From positions 20,832,001 to 20,896,000 of the forward strand of contig OX597821.1 of the NCBI GenBank assembly GCA_951406725.2: a stretch of DNA of 64,000 nucleotides, written 5' to 3'. Source of the stretch: Octopus vulgaris (taxonomy: Eukaryota). Below, piece after piece: positions 37,164 to 50,349 of this stretch. Made by a program: the position numbers and the translations under genes. The notes under the pieces are model-generated. The model ran no database searches, was not told the DNA's origin, and worked only from the letters and a program-made list of their open reading frames with translations. Each line of letters begins with the position of its first letter. Within the stretch, counting starts at the first letter, position 1.

Positions 37164-37462
37164 CAATGGCTCAGTAGTTAGGGCAGCGGACTCGCGGTCG
37201 TAGGATCGCGGTTTCGATTCCCAGACTGGGCGTTTTATGTGTTTATTGAGCGAAAACACCTAAAACTCCACGACGCTCCGGCAGGGGGGGGGGTGATCCC
37301 TGCTATACTCTTTCACCACTCTTTCTCTCATTCTTTCGTCTGTTGGCCTGCTCGCTTAGCCAGCGGGGTGTCGTCATTCGAAGGCTAAAACAATGCGAAC
37401 GCATTGTGACCAGCGATGTGTAGCAACATCTGATGGTCTGGTCGGTCACGTGATCACGTGAT
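37164..37462 (+). mobile_element. tRNA-derived SINE (family C)
   Basis: A and B boxes; ends GGTCACGTGATCACGTGAT before (TA)n. Confidence 0.9.
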
Positions 37463-37483
37463 ATATTTATATATATATATATG

Positions 37484-37753
37484 TTATTTAAAAGCAGCGG
37501 AAATTTAACTGAAGTGTCAAATTCACATGATCAAATATTGGATTGTACACAACTGCAGTCACTAAGGTGGTTTTCACAGATAGTCTAACACAGGTTAAGT
37601 CGAAATTGTTAAAAACTGTCCGACGACGGGAACGTGAAACTCCGAGTAACAGCTTTTGTTAAATTTCTGCTGCTTTTAAATAAAGCATATTACTCTACCT
37701 CTGGTATTTGAGTACTCTTTTTCCCACCTTGTTTCACATTTATGCGTTTACTC

Positions 37754-37756
<3 letters not shown>
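37484..37756 (+). mobile_element. non-autonomous element in (TA)n with short 5' inverted copy
   Basis: TTATTTAAAAGCAGCGGAAATTTAAC (37484-37509) is the inverse of GTTAAATTTCTGCTGCTTTTAAATAA (37658-37683). Confidence 0.75.
37611..37657 (+). ncRNA. hammerhead-like motif with atypical core CCGACGA / UGAAA
   Basis: AAAAACUGU CCGACGA CG-GGAA-CG U GAAA CUC C GAG UA ACAGCUUUU; stem I 4+4 bp, stem II closed by a GNRA loop. Confidence 0.65.
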
Positions 37757-37835
<79 letters not shown>

Positions 37836-38338
37836 GCATGTATGCAAAAATGTGTGTATCGATGTATGTAATTAAATTTCTTTTGACAACTACATATATC
37901 GTTATTTTACATAAAATATGTGTAAATGTTCTATCTTCAATCATAAAAGATTACCCTAGAGGAAAGAAAGTGATCGAAAAAGAAACAGAGCGAGTGGGAA
38001 GGAGAGAGTGGGAGTGGGAGAGAACGAGTAAATGACTTAGAGAGAGAGAGAGGTATACAGGACCAGAGAAAAACACAGCTAGAATGTGTGTAAATATAAA
38101 CGCATGTTTGAATGTGCTCGAATGCAGCTCTGGTTCTGCGCGTATTTGCATCGGAGAGGATGGATCAAAGTCAGCTGTGTGACCATATAAGGTAAACAAT
38201 GACGTCAGCGAATATAACTTGGATATTGCTGCGGCCATAAATGAGGTTTGTATCGCTTTTCTTCCGCGTATTGTATGCATTGTATGTTGTTGCATTGTAA
38301 TATTATTGGCTTAGAAGAATTATCTAAGAGAACCAAAG

Positions 38339-38394
<56 letters not shown>

Positions 38395-38451
38395 TTATAT
38401 ATACATATATCTATATTTATATATATATATATATTTATATATACACATATA

Positions 38452-38516
<65 letters not shown>

Positions 38517-38593
38517 ATTTACATAAACATATATATAAATATATATATATATATATGTATACATATTTATATATATACATACATATATCTAAT

Positions 38594-38625
<32 letters not shown>

Positions 38626-38633
38626 CACATATA

Positions 38634-38683
<50 letters not shown>

Positions 38684-39522
38684 AATATATATACATAAAC
38701 ATATATATAAATATATATATCTATATATACATATATATATATATGTAAATATATATATATGCTATATGTATATAGTGTATTTATGTTTCCTTCTATGCGT
38801 GTATAGGAAAATATATACATACATATATATATACATGTGGGTGCGTGTGCGTGTCCGTTTATGTGTGCGTGTTTGTATGTGTTTCTCTGAAATGCATATG
38901 AATACAAGTTATATATGTGTATATGTATGTGTATGTATTGTCTTTCTTGAAAGTCAGGGAGGGGGAGGGGCGTGAGCATTGGCCAAAGGGGGATAATAAT
39001 AAAAAGTGAAACAGAGTAACAAAAAAATGTAATGAAAACGCTACCTTCATCCACCTCTTTGATGTGGATTTTGGTAGCAACATTAAAATTCATCATTTAA
39101 CCTGTATTTTAGAAAACAAACATGAACCACAAGAACAGCTCCATGTTATATAATATCCTCTGCGTTTCTTTGATCTTCTATATTCTAGTTTAGTAAGGAT
39201 GGGCGGAACATCTAGAATTTTGGAACATTTTAAGTATGTTTTATAACTATTCATAAGGGATTTTGCCATGTTTCTGCAAGAGAAAGGGATTATAAATATT
39301 CATTGAGAAGTTGCTGTTTTGATTCCCCAGAATTGGTGGTGTTGCGATTATTTACTGGAAATGTTAGCTGCCCTGCAATTAATAGAAACCGCCAAAATAA
39401 CGCGTTTCAAGCGGAATGGCATTTCGGTAATTTGCAAGAGTCCATTGTGGCTATTCTGAAAGGACTTCTAAACAGATACATACATGCATACATACATATA
39501 CATACATACATAACCACACAAA

Positions 39523-39580
<58 letters not shown>

Positions 39581-39583
39581 GAT

Positions 39584-39650
<67 letters not shown>

Positions 39651-39877
39651 TAAACAGATATATATCTTCATATATTTATACATACGAACATATTTGTGCG
39701 TGTGTACAAATATGCTTATACATCAAAGTAAATTGCACTCAATACTTTATGCAGAATATATATTTGTGAGTAATTAAAACACGCCCGGCCATTAGTCAGA
39801 ATATCAAACAGAGTATTTCAAGGCCAAGCGGGCTACTTTTTATGGATATGTGATCGGTTATTGGTATGTTTGCGGGC

Positions 39878-39918
<41 letters not shown>

Positions 39919-39932
39919 TGTATATATATATA

Positions 39933-41461
39933 TTCCTCTTGCTCCTCCTCCCCCTTATTCCCGTCGTCCATCTGCGACGATACTTCCGTCGTAACTGCTA
40001 TCCTGTCTTTTCTCGCCCGCCTTCTAAGGCCACTGGTCGACATTCTTTCTCTCTCGTCGTCCACTATAATCCAGCGTTTGCATTACTTTTTTCGTCTGGC
40101 GTAAACAGCCCTTCTTATCTTGTTCTCCTTGTCCTGTCTCTCACTGTTATATATTTATTTTTCAACTGTTTATATGTAATTTTTTTTTTTTTTTACTGTT
40201 TATATGTTTGTACTGTCGTTACCGTCTTGCTTTTTTTACCATTTTTTACCCCTCTGCGAAAAGATCTCAGAATTTTAATTGATTTGCTTTTCGCAGGAAG
40301 GAAGTTTCTTCGAAGTATACGTCTCGCTTTTATCCTTCGAAACGTAGAGTAGATGAAACCTTAGCGACTGAAGAAGGGGATTTTTCGTTGTGCTTATTGT
40401 CCTGTATCTCTTTTTTTCTTTTTTGCTTGTCCTGTTCCTTGGTTTGTGTCTATGTTTTTCGTCTCTCTATGTGTTCGACGTCTTTTTGGTGTCCTGTACA
40501 CATATATGCGTGTATATGTACATGTAGAGGTAGGTACGTACATATATGTTTATATATATATGCATATGTTCTATTTTATTAACATATTATACGACTAAAC
40601 GCACGCACCCTATTAAGTAAGATTGTTCTGTTTATCAAGGTAGCCTTGATATTAACTCTCACGCGACTCTGCATCTTTCTTTCTTTCTCTCCCATTCCCT
40701 TTTTCGTCCTTTTTCCCTCACTTAACTTGTCTCTTCCTCTCTCTCTCATTCTTCATTCTCTCTCTCCCCCTCACCATTCTTCATGGTCTCCTCGCACCAT
40801 TCCCCCTCTTCTCTCTCTTCCTCTTGCTCCTCCTCCCCAATTCTCGTCGTCCATCTGCGACGATACTTCCGTCGTAACTGCTATCCTGTCTTTTCTCGCC
40901 CGCCTTCTAAGGCCACTGGTCGACATTCTTTCTCTCTCGTCGTCCACTATAATCCAGCGTTTGCATTACTTTTTTCGTCTGGCGTAAACAGCCCTTCTTA
41001 TCTTGTTCTCCTTGTCCTGTCTCTCACTGTTATATATTTATTTTTCAACTGTTTATATGTAATTTTTTTTTTTTTTTACTGTTTATATGTTTGTACTGTC
41101 GTTACCGTCTTGCTTTTTTTACCATTTTTTACCCCTCTGCGAAAAGATCTCAGAATTTTAATTGATTTGCTTTTCGCAGGAAGGAAGTTTCTTCGAAGTA
41201 TACGTCTCGCTTTTATCCTTCGAAACGTAGAGTAGATGAAACCTTAGCTACTGAAGAAGGGGATTTTTCGTTGTGCTTATTGTCCTGTATCTCTTTTTTT
41301 CTTTTTTGCTTGTCCTGTTCCTTGGTTTGTGTCTATGTTTTTCGTCTCTCTATGTGTTCGACGTCTTTTTGGTGTCCTGTACACATATATGCGTGTATAT
41401 GTACATGTAGAGGTAGGTACGTACATATATGTTTATATATATGCATATGTTCTATTTTATT

Positions 41462-41467
<6 letters not shown>
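39933..41467 (+). mobile_element. family P element, ~1.75 tandem copies of an 885-bp unit
   Basis: 39933-40586 is nearly identical to 40818-41467; flanked by (TA)n. Confidence 0.85.
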
Positions 41468-41529
<62 letters not shown>

Positions 41530-41584
41530 TATATACATATATATACATACATATATACATATATACAAGTATGTATATATATAC

Positions 41585-41628
<44 letters not shown>

Positions 41629-42131
41629 TTATATATATATACATATATATAAATATACAAGCATATATATATATACATATATATATTTACATATCTATCT
41701 ATCTATCTATCTATATATATTTATATATATATATATATATTTATATATGTATGTATGTATATATACATGTGTGTATGTATGTATATCTGTGTATGTATGT
41801 ATGCATGATGGGATACCGAAATGTAACTGGTTCTCTGTAGCACATGCTTGTTATACTTAGTGCTTACGCTGCTAGAAGCCACTTGACGAGACCCTCAGAA
41901 ATCACTTTGTCGAGCGGCGCCGTCAGCTGTAGTCGTACTACCTCGTTGGGCGTCTTTGTTTTTCCGTGCCTTTCCCCAGTTTGTCAATTTTTGCCATGGG
42001 AGAGGCGAAGAAAAAAAACGACAGAGGCATTAAACGTGTAAACATGTGAAACTAAAGGAATAAAATAACTGCCAAATTCCGGGTTATTCTCTGTACCCAC
42101 TTGTACACACACACACACACACACACACACG

Positions 42132-42168
<37 letters not shown>

Positions 42169-42426
42169 ACACACAGATATACATGTATGGTTATATGTAT
42201 ATAGATAGCTAAGTACATAGATAGATGGACAGTCACACGCACATGGACACACAGACAGACAGAGAGATATATACATACATACGTATATATATATATATAC
42301 ATTCATATATACTTACATTCATACATACATAGACAGAGATGTAAGGGCACGTGGGGCAATGGAATATGCCTCTACAATCTGCATGCGGATTGGTTACGTG
42401 CATATATATATATATATATATATATA

Positions 42427-42821
42427 TCTTTATATTTAAAAGTGAAGTTGTGTGTCTGTCTCCTACGATTTAGATTCCTAACTACTCCCACATTTTGCCG
42501 TGCAGTTTAACCAAAACCGGGTATCTTATAGTCGTGATTCATATCGAGCCCTTCTGTGTGTTAGCGCGCGTCTACGATGAGTCTACGATTTAAAAAAAAA
42601 TTACCATCATTTTTTTCCATTTTAATGCATTTTTTCGCTATCATATAAGGGAAGTAACTCTCTAAAAATGTCTACGATGAGTCAACGATCTTTAAAAAAA
42701 ATTACCATCATTTTTTTCCGTTTTTAATGCATTTTTTTGCTATTTTTTGGCTATAACTCTCTAAAAATGCTTATATGGTTATTTCCCTTACAAACCCGAG
42801 CAACGCCGGGCGATACTGCTA

Positions 42822-42822
<1 letters not shown>
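42427..42822 (+). mobile_element. non-autonomous Helitron
   Basis: A|TC 5' end (TCTTTATATTTAAAA), subterminal hairpin CCCG-AGCAACGC-CGGG, 3' CTAG|T; internal ~100-bp tandem duplication. Confidence 0.85.
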
Positions 42823-42858
<36 letters not shown>

Positions 42859-43479
42859 AATGTATACAATTATACGCATACACACATTATATGATCCACT
42901 TTGGTGGAGATCAACTCGCTAGTATCGCACTATACCTTATTGGCTTGTTTTTTGAACATGACTTGGCCTTAAACAGGTATTGATAAAATACGGCCAATCT
43001 CCCCGTCTACTTTTCAAAACCATTATAACAAATATGAAAAAGAAACCTTTTGTCCGAAATTTAGGCTTTTATTATAGCAAACTACAAATTTTCCATTTTC
43101 ATGATATTACCTGAGTTTCCTGCTGCGTTTCTTGCTCCCTACTGAATTAGCGTAACACCATCTTAAGCAATTATGCTCTCCATATTGTTGAAATCATTAA
43201 ACGTGTACCTTTTACTGTATCTTCTAGCTTTAGCTCATACTAGGATTTACCCGTCCCTTTTCATCCTATTCAGGCTCCTTATGTTTTTGTATAAATTTTA
43301 TCTGTATCATCAAACAGTGTTACTTTTTTTGCTGCTTATAAATTTACCTTCTTTGTACAACAGAGAGCAGATCCATTTGTATGGATGTTACTCGCGTAAA
43401 AAATCATTCCACATAATACCACGTGCTTAAATTTATGCGAGTATATATCCTCAGTTAATATATGTCTCATAAAAGAATA

Positions 43480-43482
43480 ATT

Positions 43483-43542
<60 letters not shown>

Positions 43543-43586
43543 TATAATAACAACAGCAATAATAATAATAATGATGATAATGATAC

Positions 43587-43648
<62 letters not shown>

Positions 43649-43650
43649 TT
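43480..43650. repeat. (AAT)n microsatellite
   Basis: Direct reading. Confidence 0.95.
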
Positions 43651-44066
43651 AATATATATATAAATTAGAAATGGAAATCAAAACAATAAATTCAACAATA
43701 GAATAAATTCAATTCAATTTACTTATTTTATACAAGTAAGTGAAACAACTCATAAATTACAGATGTTTCCACTTCATTAAGAAAACCAAGTTTTTCAAGA
43801 ATAATAAAATATCGTTTGAATATAATTAGGCTACATGAGATCGACATATCTTTTTTAATATTTCACGAAAAATAGCAACTGAAAATGTTTATACCTGCTA
43901 ACATTTAAATCTATTAGTATCCAGTTCTATGACCGATTTATTTATCACGTAGCTAGATTTTTAAATATTTATATATATATATATATATATATGCATATGT
44001 ATATGTATATATATTGAAAAAAGTCAAGGTAGAAAATGCTAAAATAATTTTATAAAAAAAACATTT

Positions 44067-44102
44067 CAGTGCTGGTTTCAGTCATTGAGACTTTTTCAAC
44101 TG
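44067..44102 (-). ncRNA. minimal hammerhead-like motif, U3-A8 core variant, cleavage site mutated
   Basis: Minus strand CAG UUGAAAA AGUC-UCAAU-GACU GAAA CCAG CA CUG; lies in a short element abutting (TA)n at ~44012. Confidence 0.55.
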
Positions 44103-44267
44103 TAAGTGTGGAAAACAATTAAATTTGGGAAACATTAAGAGAAAAGTTTTTTAAGAGAATATTTGCATAGTGTTTAAATACAAGTGGCAGTTTCCTTGTT
44201 TTTGCATATTTCTCTCTTTCTTGTATACTGTTGAGGGTTCGAGGTCGTTGTGAATTCTTGGTAGGGA

Positions 44268-44420
44268 AGAAGAAGAAGAAGAAGAAGAAGAAGAAGAAGA
44301 AGAAGAAGAAGAAGAAGAAGAAGAAGAAGAAGAAGAGGAGAAGAGGAAGAAGAAGAAGTAGAAGAAGAAGAAGAAGAAGAAGAAGAAGAAGAAGAAGAAG
44401 AGCAGCAACAACAACAACAA
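44268..44420. repeat. (GAA)n microsatellite
   Basis: Direct reading. Confidence 0.95.
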
Positions 44421-44609
44421 GAAAGAGAAGGGAGAATAATAAGGAATGTGGGTAGCATGATTGTAGTAAGGTTTTAAATGGTCAAGTGATTCGTTATGGA
44501 TATATATATATTATATTATATTATATATAAAACAACCAAAAGTGCTACACTCACACACACATATGTTAACCACTTATGCCCTCCATATTGTTGAAATCAT
44601 TATATATAT

Positions 44610-44697
44610 ATTGTCGTTGTTAAAAAAAGTCCGTTTCCTTGTTTTGATTTTGTTTTCGTTTCTCGTTGTGTTCTACGTTTTTTTGTGGTGTCCTGTA

Positions 44698-44745
<48 letters not shown>

Positions 44746-44951
44746 TGTATATATACATATAGATGTAAGTATGTACATATATGTATGTATATATGCATAT
44801 ATTTTATTTATTTATTATATGACCGAACGCACGCGTTGTTTCTCTTCTCCAAGTAAGTTTTTATTTGAATAATCATGACGCGCACTCTTACTCTTTACTT
44901 GACCTTTCCTCTATCTTCCTCTCTACTTGTCTCTCTCCTTATTGTCTCTCT

Positions 44952-44992
<41 letters not shown>

Positions 44993-45216
44993 TGTATATA
45001 TACATATAGATGTAAGTATGTACATATATGTATGTATATATGCATATATTTTATTTATTTATTATATGACCGAACGCACGCGTTGTTTCTCTTCTCCAAG
45101 TAAGTTTTTATTTGAATAATCATGACGCGCACTCTTACTCTTTACTTGACCTTTCCTCTATCTTCCTCTCTACTTGTCTCTCTCCTTATTTTTCACCCTT
45201 TCTGGTTTCTATTTCC

Positions 45217-45247
<31 letters not shown>

Positions 45248-45860
45248 CTCCTCCTCCTCCTCCTCTCTCTGGCCGTTGACCAGAGTGCTACTAAAACTTT
45301 CTTTCAGCTCCGTGCTTTCAACAAGCATACATCGAATTCCCTGTCTTTCGCAAGTCGATTTTTCACATGCGTTCTAACTAATTTTTACACCGTTTAGGCC
45401 TAAAAAAGCCCTTATTGTTGGTTTCCTGTCCTGTTATTCTTTATTTGTACTGTTTTTTCTACTGTTTTTTCTTCATTTGTATTGCTTTTACGTCCTGTAC
45501 TTGTCACTTGTTTTACCCCTCTGCAAAAGAATTTTATTTAATTTCTTTTGCAGGAAGAAGTGCTTCGGCCTGGCCGTGTTCTGCCCTTACCTTCGAAACA
45601 GGCATTGAGTCGAACCAGGGGCAGCTGATGAAGGGGAATTTTCCTTGTATTGTTTGTCCTGCACTCTGTTTTTTCGTTGTTAAAAAAAGTCCGTTTCCTT
45701 GTTTGATTTTATGTTTTCGCTTTTCGCTGTGTTCCACGTTTATTTGTGGTGTCCTGTACTCATATATATATTTATATATATGTATGTATATATACATATA
45801 GATGTAAGTATGTACATATATGTATATATATATGCATATATTTTATTTATTTATTATATT
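44610..45860 (+). mobile_element. family P element with terminal direct repeat and internal ~240-bp duplication
   Basis: ~44614-44820 repeats at ~45675-45860; ~44700-44943 repeats at ~44957-45190. Confidence 0.8.
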
Positions 45861-45862
45861 GT

Positions 45863-45918
<56 letters not shown>

Positions 45919-45920
<2 letters not shown>

Positions 45921-46510
45921 CAAATTTAAAATGTGGTTTATTAGAAATTAGAATGTAAAGAAAAAATGAATGGAGGTCACAAAAGTTACAGCTGATACTG
46001 ACTTGCACGTCATTTGCCTAAAATAAGAGTTAAAACAACTGAAAAACCACAAAACACAAAAGCACTAGACTTAATGCCTGACAAAGGGAGGTAAGTCCCC
46101 AGCGTAGATAGATCGCGATTTTATATTTTGTTGTAAATCGACTTAATCCCCATCAGTGACCTAGAGTTAAACTCAACTAGCTGTGTCAGATTTATAAGTA
46201 AAGCAGTTGAAAGCATATTCCGATTTTCAAAACGGAAAAAGTGTTAACAACAAATTAAAAATTATGGTTTATTAGCAATTAGACCCTAAAGGCAAAATCA
46301 ATTTAGGTCACTATTGTTTCAGCTCTTATTTTTAGCAAAAGAGGTGCTAGTCAGTACCCTCTGTCACATTTGATTCAGATGATCCACATCCAGATTCGAA
46401 ATCGCGATCCGACTATGTACGCTGGGGACTTTGTCAGTCATAAAGTTCAGTGCTTTTGTGTCTTTTGAGTAGTTTTAACTCATACTTTTAACAAAAAAGG
46501 TGCAAGTCAG
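45919..46510. mobile_element. rearranged PLE-like non-coding element with nested direct and inverted repeats
   Basis: Direct repeat 45919-45993 / 46249-46324; inverted repeat 45998-46120 / 46398-46510; decayed CAGATGA..GAAA TCGCGA TC at 46376-46410. Confidence 0.6.
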
Positions 46511-46582
46511 ACCGCCTCTCTCTCTATCTAACCTCTGTACACACACACACACACACATACACACACACATATATACACACAC

Positions 46583-46621
<39 letters not shown>

Positions 46622-46719
46622 CAATTAGTCAATTTAGGGTAGCAAAAAAATTCAATAGAAATTTATCGCTACCAACGGCCTAGTGGAAAAGAGAAAATAG
46701 TCAACGACTAAGTATATAA

Positions 46720-46905
46720 ATATAACAATTTAGGAATGACCCTAACAGGTCATTCGTCCACCAGAAAGAGCAGCCATAACTCACACCGCCAAGTAGTAGT
46801 AATTCAGAAATTAATTTCTGAATTACTACTACTTGGCGGTGTGAGTTATGGCTGCTCTTTCTGGTGGACGAATGACCTGTTAGGGTCATTCCTAAATTGT
46901 TATAT
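46720..46905. repeat. perfect 186-bp palindrome with no spacer
   Basis: 93-bp arms centred on AGAAATT|AATTTCT (46812/46813). Confidence 0.95.
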
Positions 46906-46947
46906 ATATATATATATATACGTGTGTGTGTATATATATATACATAT

Positions 46948-47355
46948 AGGCAAAGGAGTGGCTGTGTGGTAAGTAGCTTGCTAACCAACCACTTGGTTCC
47001 GGGTTCAGTTCCACTGCGTGGCATCTTGGGCAAGTGTCTTCTGCTATAGCCCCGAGCCGACGAATGCCTTGTGAGTGGATTTGGTAGACGGAAACTGAAA
47101 GAAGCTTGTCGTATATATGTATATATATATGTGTGTGTGTGTATATGTTTGTGTGTCTGTGTTTGTCCCCTAGCATTGTTTGACAACCGATGCTGGTGTG
47201 TTTACGTCCCCGTCACTTAGTGGTTCGGCAAAAGAGACCGATAGAATAAGTACTGAGCTTAAAAAGAATAAGTCCCGGGGTCGATTTGCTCGACTAAAGG
47301 CGGAGCTCCAGCATGGCCAAAGTCAAGTGACTGAAACGAGTAAAAGAGTAAAAGA

Positions 47356-47357
<2 letters not shown>
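46948..47357 (+). mobile_element. tRNA-derived SINE (family A), full length
   Basis: GGAGTGGCTGTGTGGTAAG...GGTTCAGTTCC...CTTGGGCAAGTG...GTAAAAGAGTAAAAGAG tail. Confidence 0.92.
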
Positions 47358-47403
<46 letters not shown>

Positions 47404-48454
47404 ACACACCGACATATGACATTACCAAATGCTCTGTGTAAGGTAGAACTCAACTCCGGGTGTTCTCTTATTATTCAGCAGCAGCTAAACGGATTATTGT
47501 AATTAATGTTACAGTTATATTCACCTGTTTAACAACAATACTCGTCGTGTCCCCTGTCAAGATACACAGTTTAATACAGCTTAGCTTTCCTCATTGAATT
47601 ATATCTACACTTAACAGATTAATGATACATATCTCATATTCACTTTTACATTCTAGTTTTCTTCTTGTTCTAAAATAAGGTACATCTCACAGTATTAGAC
47701 AACGCTTTGGAGGCGATTATTAATCCTACTAATTTATCATTATGTCATATATATATGTACTCTAATTCATGCAAGCAGGACAGGGTAAAATATATTCGAT
47801 GGGAATTATTTGCTTTTACTAGCTGACAAGACAACGCTTTAATGATTCAATTATATTCTTTATGCGTTATTTTTAGAACTCGCGTAATGAAGGGAGTAGA
47901 AGCCGTTTTCGTTATTACCCTATGGACATCCATAGTTTCTTTATATTTTAATATTTCTCATTTATTTCATTGTACTTGCTATTTTATTGCACAATTTTCA
48001 TCTCCAAATAGTTTCGTTACAATTATAACCTTGTCATAGGAGTATTAAATCCGATTATTCTTTTTTCTTTGCAAAAGCTCGTCCTTGTATACATGCTACT
48101 AAGCATTTACCAACCATGATAATGTGTCTTCGTGTATTCATGAAATTATTGGATATGATTAGGTATATGTAAACACGAAGAAACTATTGCAAAAGCGCTT
48201 TATTTAAATATTTATCTGACATGGTTACGGAGTTGTACCAAATCTATACTGAGATTGAATGTCAAATTTTAGCATAAAAATATATCAATATATTAAAGAA
48301 CAATCCGTATGATAAATGATATGTGATGCCATAAGGGATAAATAGAAGCAATCTATTGCAATCATAATTCTAAGATATATAACAATATTTCCAAAACCAG
48401 TCGATAGCAGCATGAATCAGATGAACACAAATACGTAATATTTACTTGATAAAA

Positions 48455-48630
48455 GGCGTCGTGCTGGCAGAATCGTAGGTACGCCGGGTAAAATAATTAG
48501 CGGCATTTTCTCTTTCATGAAGTTCTGTGTTCATCCACCACCGAGGTAGACTTTGCATTTCAACATTGGCAGTCGATTTGATGGCCTGTCCTAAAAATCT
48601 GCTGGCCTTGTGCCAAAATTTGAAACCAAT
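48455..48630 (+). mobile_element. decayed family-B SINE
   Basis: GGCGTCGTGCTGGCAGAATCGT...CCTTGTGCCAAAATTTGAAACC. Confidence 0.75.
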
Positions 48631-48993
48631 ATTTACTTGAAGAAAAAACTAGCAACTGCTCAAAAAGCTGAATCTAATAGTTGAACTATTTTTAAAATAT
48701 TATATAGAATCATTGAAAACTACAGAAATTTTAGAAGTCCTTGCCTCTAAAGATGGCTGACATATCTTCCAAGGTTAATTGAATGTAGCGTGTATCTGAT
48801 GCATTGTAGAATATTTCTGATGATATTGCACACTCCTACCCAATGCTAATAACGTCATTCTCTGCAACATCATTAACAGGAAAACCTGTGAAGGCAAAGA
48901 ATCAAGCTAATGATAACATTTCTATCTCTAACACACACAAACATAAAAGCACGCACAAGTGTACATATGCATATATACATACACATACATAAT

Positions 48994-49043
<50 letters not shown>

Positions 49044-49202
49044 TTTATGTATTTGTATATATTAACACAAACACACACATACACATATATATGTATATAT
49101 ACGTACATATGATTATGTTCATATATATATATTACACATTGTTTCATGTAGTAATATTGTTATTGATTTTATTGTTGTTTTCGTCGTCGTTATTGTTGCT
49201 AA

Positions 49203-49245
<43 letters not shown>

Positions 49246-49271
49246 GTTATTATTATTATTATTATTATTAC

Positions 49272-49304
<33 letters not shown>

Positions 49305-49939
49305 CATTATCATCATCATCATCATCATCACCATTATCATCACCATCATCATGATTATTATCTTTATTATTATTAATTTTTATTATTATTATTATTATGA
49401 TTATTATTATTTTGTTGTTGTTATCACCATCATCATCATCATCATTATTACAAAAGCATTATTCTTAGCGAAAGATTTTAATATATTATCTTCGTTAATT
49501 TATTTTTCTTGTTGTAAGTCTGAAGTGAATCATTTAGTTTTATTTTATTAATAGAGAAGTACAGTTATATTTATTCAGTGTCAGACAATCACGAATGATC
49601 ATGAATACAGAAGGGAATTGTATGCATGAATGTCGGTATATTTATAAGTACAGACATAAGTAAATATGGATCCTACACACGCATGTATGCTAAAATATTT
49701 CGAACACGCATAGGTGCGTATATACATTCATACACGCTCACACACACACGTCTGTATAAATGCAGTGTATAATTAATAGACTATACTTCTGCACGGAATA
49801 AGGTACGTAAACATATGTAATGGGATTTGTGTGCTTCACTGTATAAGTGAAAAATTTGGCGTCGCTGCTTCATTATTCACAAATATAGATTTAGCCATCT
49901 AGATTTAATTGCATGTAGCATATATATACAGGTCGCTAT

Positions 49940-50020
49940 CAGGTCGCTATATATACACAAGCACACACACTCACATACATACGCACACACACATATATGT
50001 AAACAATTTTATATAAATTA

Positions 50021-50089
<69 letters not shown>

Positions 50090-50349
50090 TATTTCCATTT
50101 AAATTGTGTATATCATACACACATACGCATACATATATGTATATACATGAAGAATAATACACATATATGTATGCGTATGTGTGTATGATATACACAATTT
50201 AAATGGAAATAATACATATATATATATATATTTATATATACATATATATATATACACACACACACACACATAATTTATATAAAATTGTTTACATATATGT
50301 GTGTGTGCGTATGTATGTGAGTGTGTGTGCTTGTGTATATATAGCGACC

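Noticed and set aside
40330-40385. Type II hammerhead from CGAAACGTA...CTGAAGAAGG
   Set aside because: No stem I can be formed in any of the four family copies; kept only as an unresolved structured motif
41850-42030. GC-richer island as a host exon or promoter
   Set aside because: No recognisable protein similarity or convincing splice pair from sequence alone
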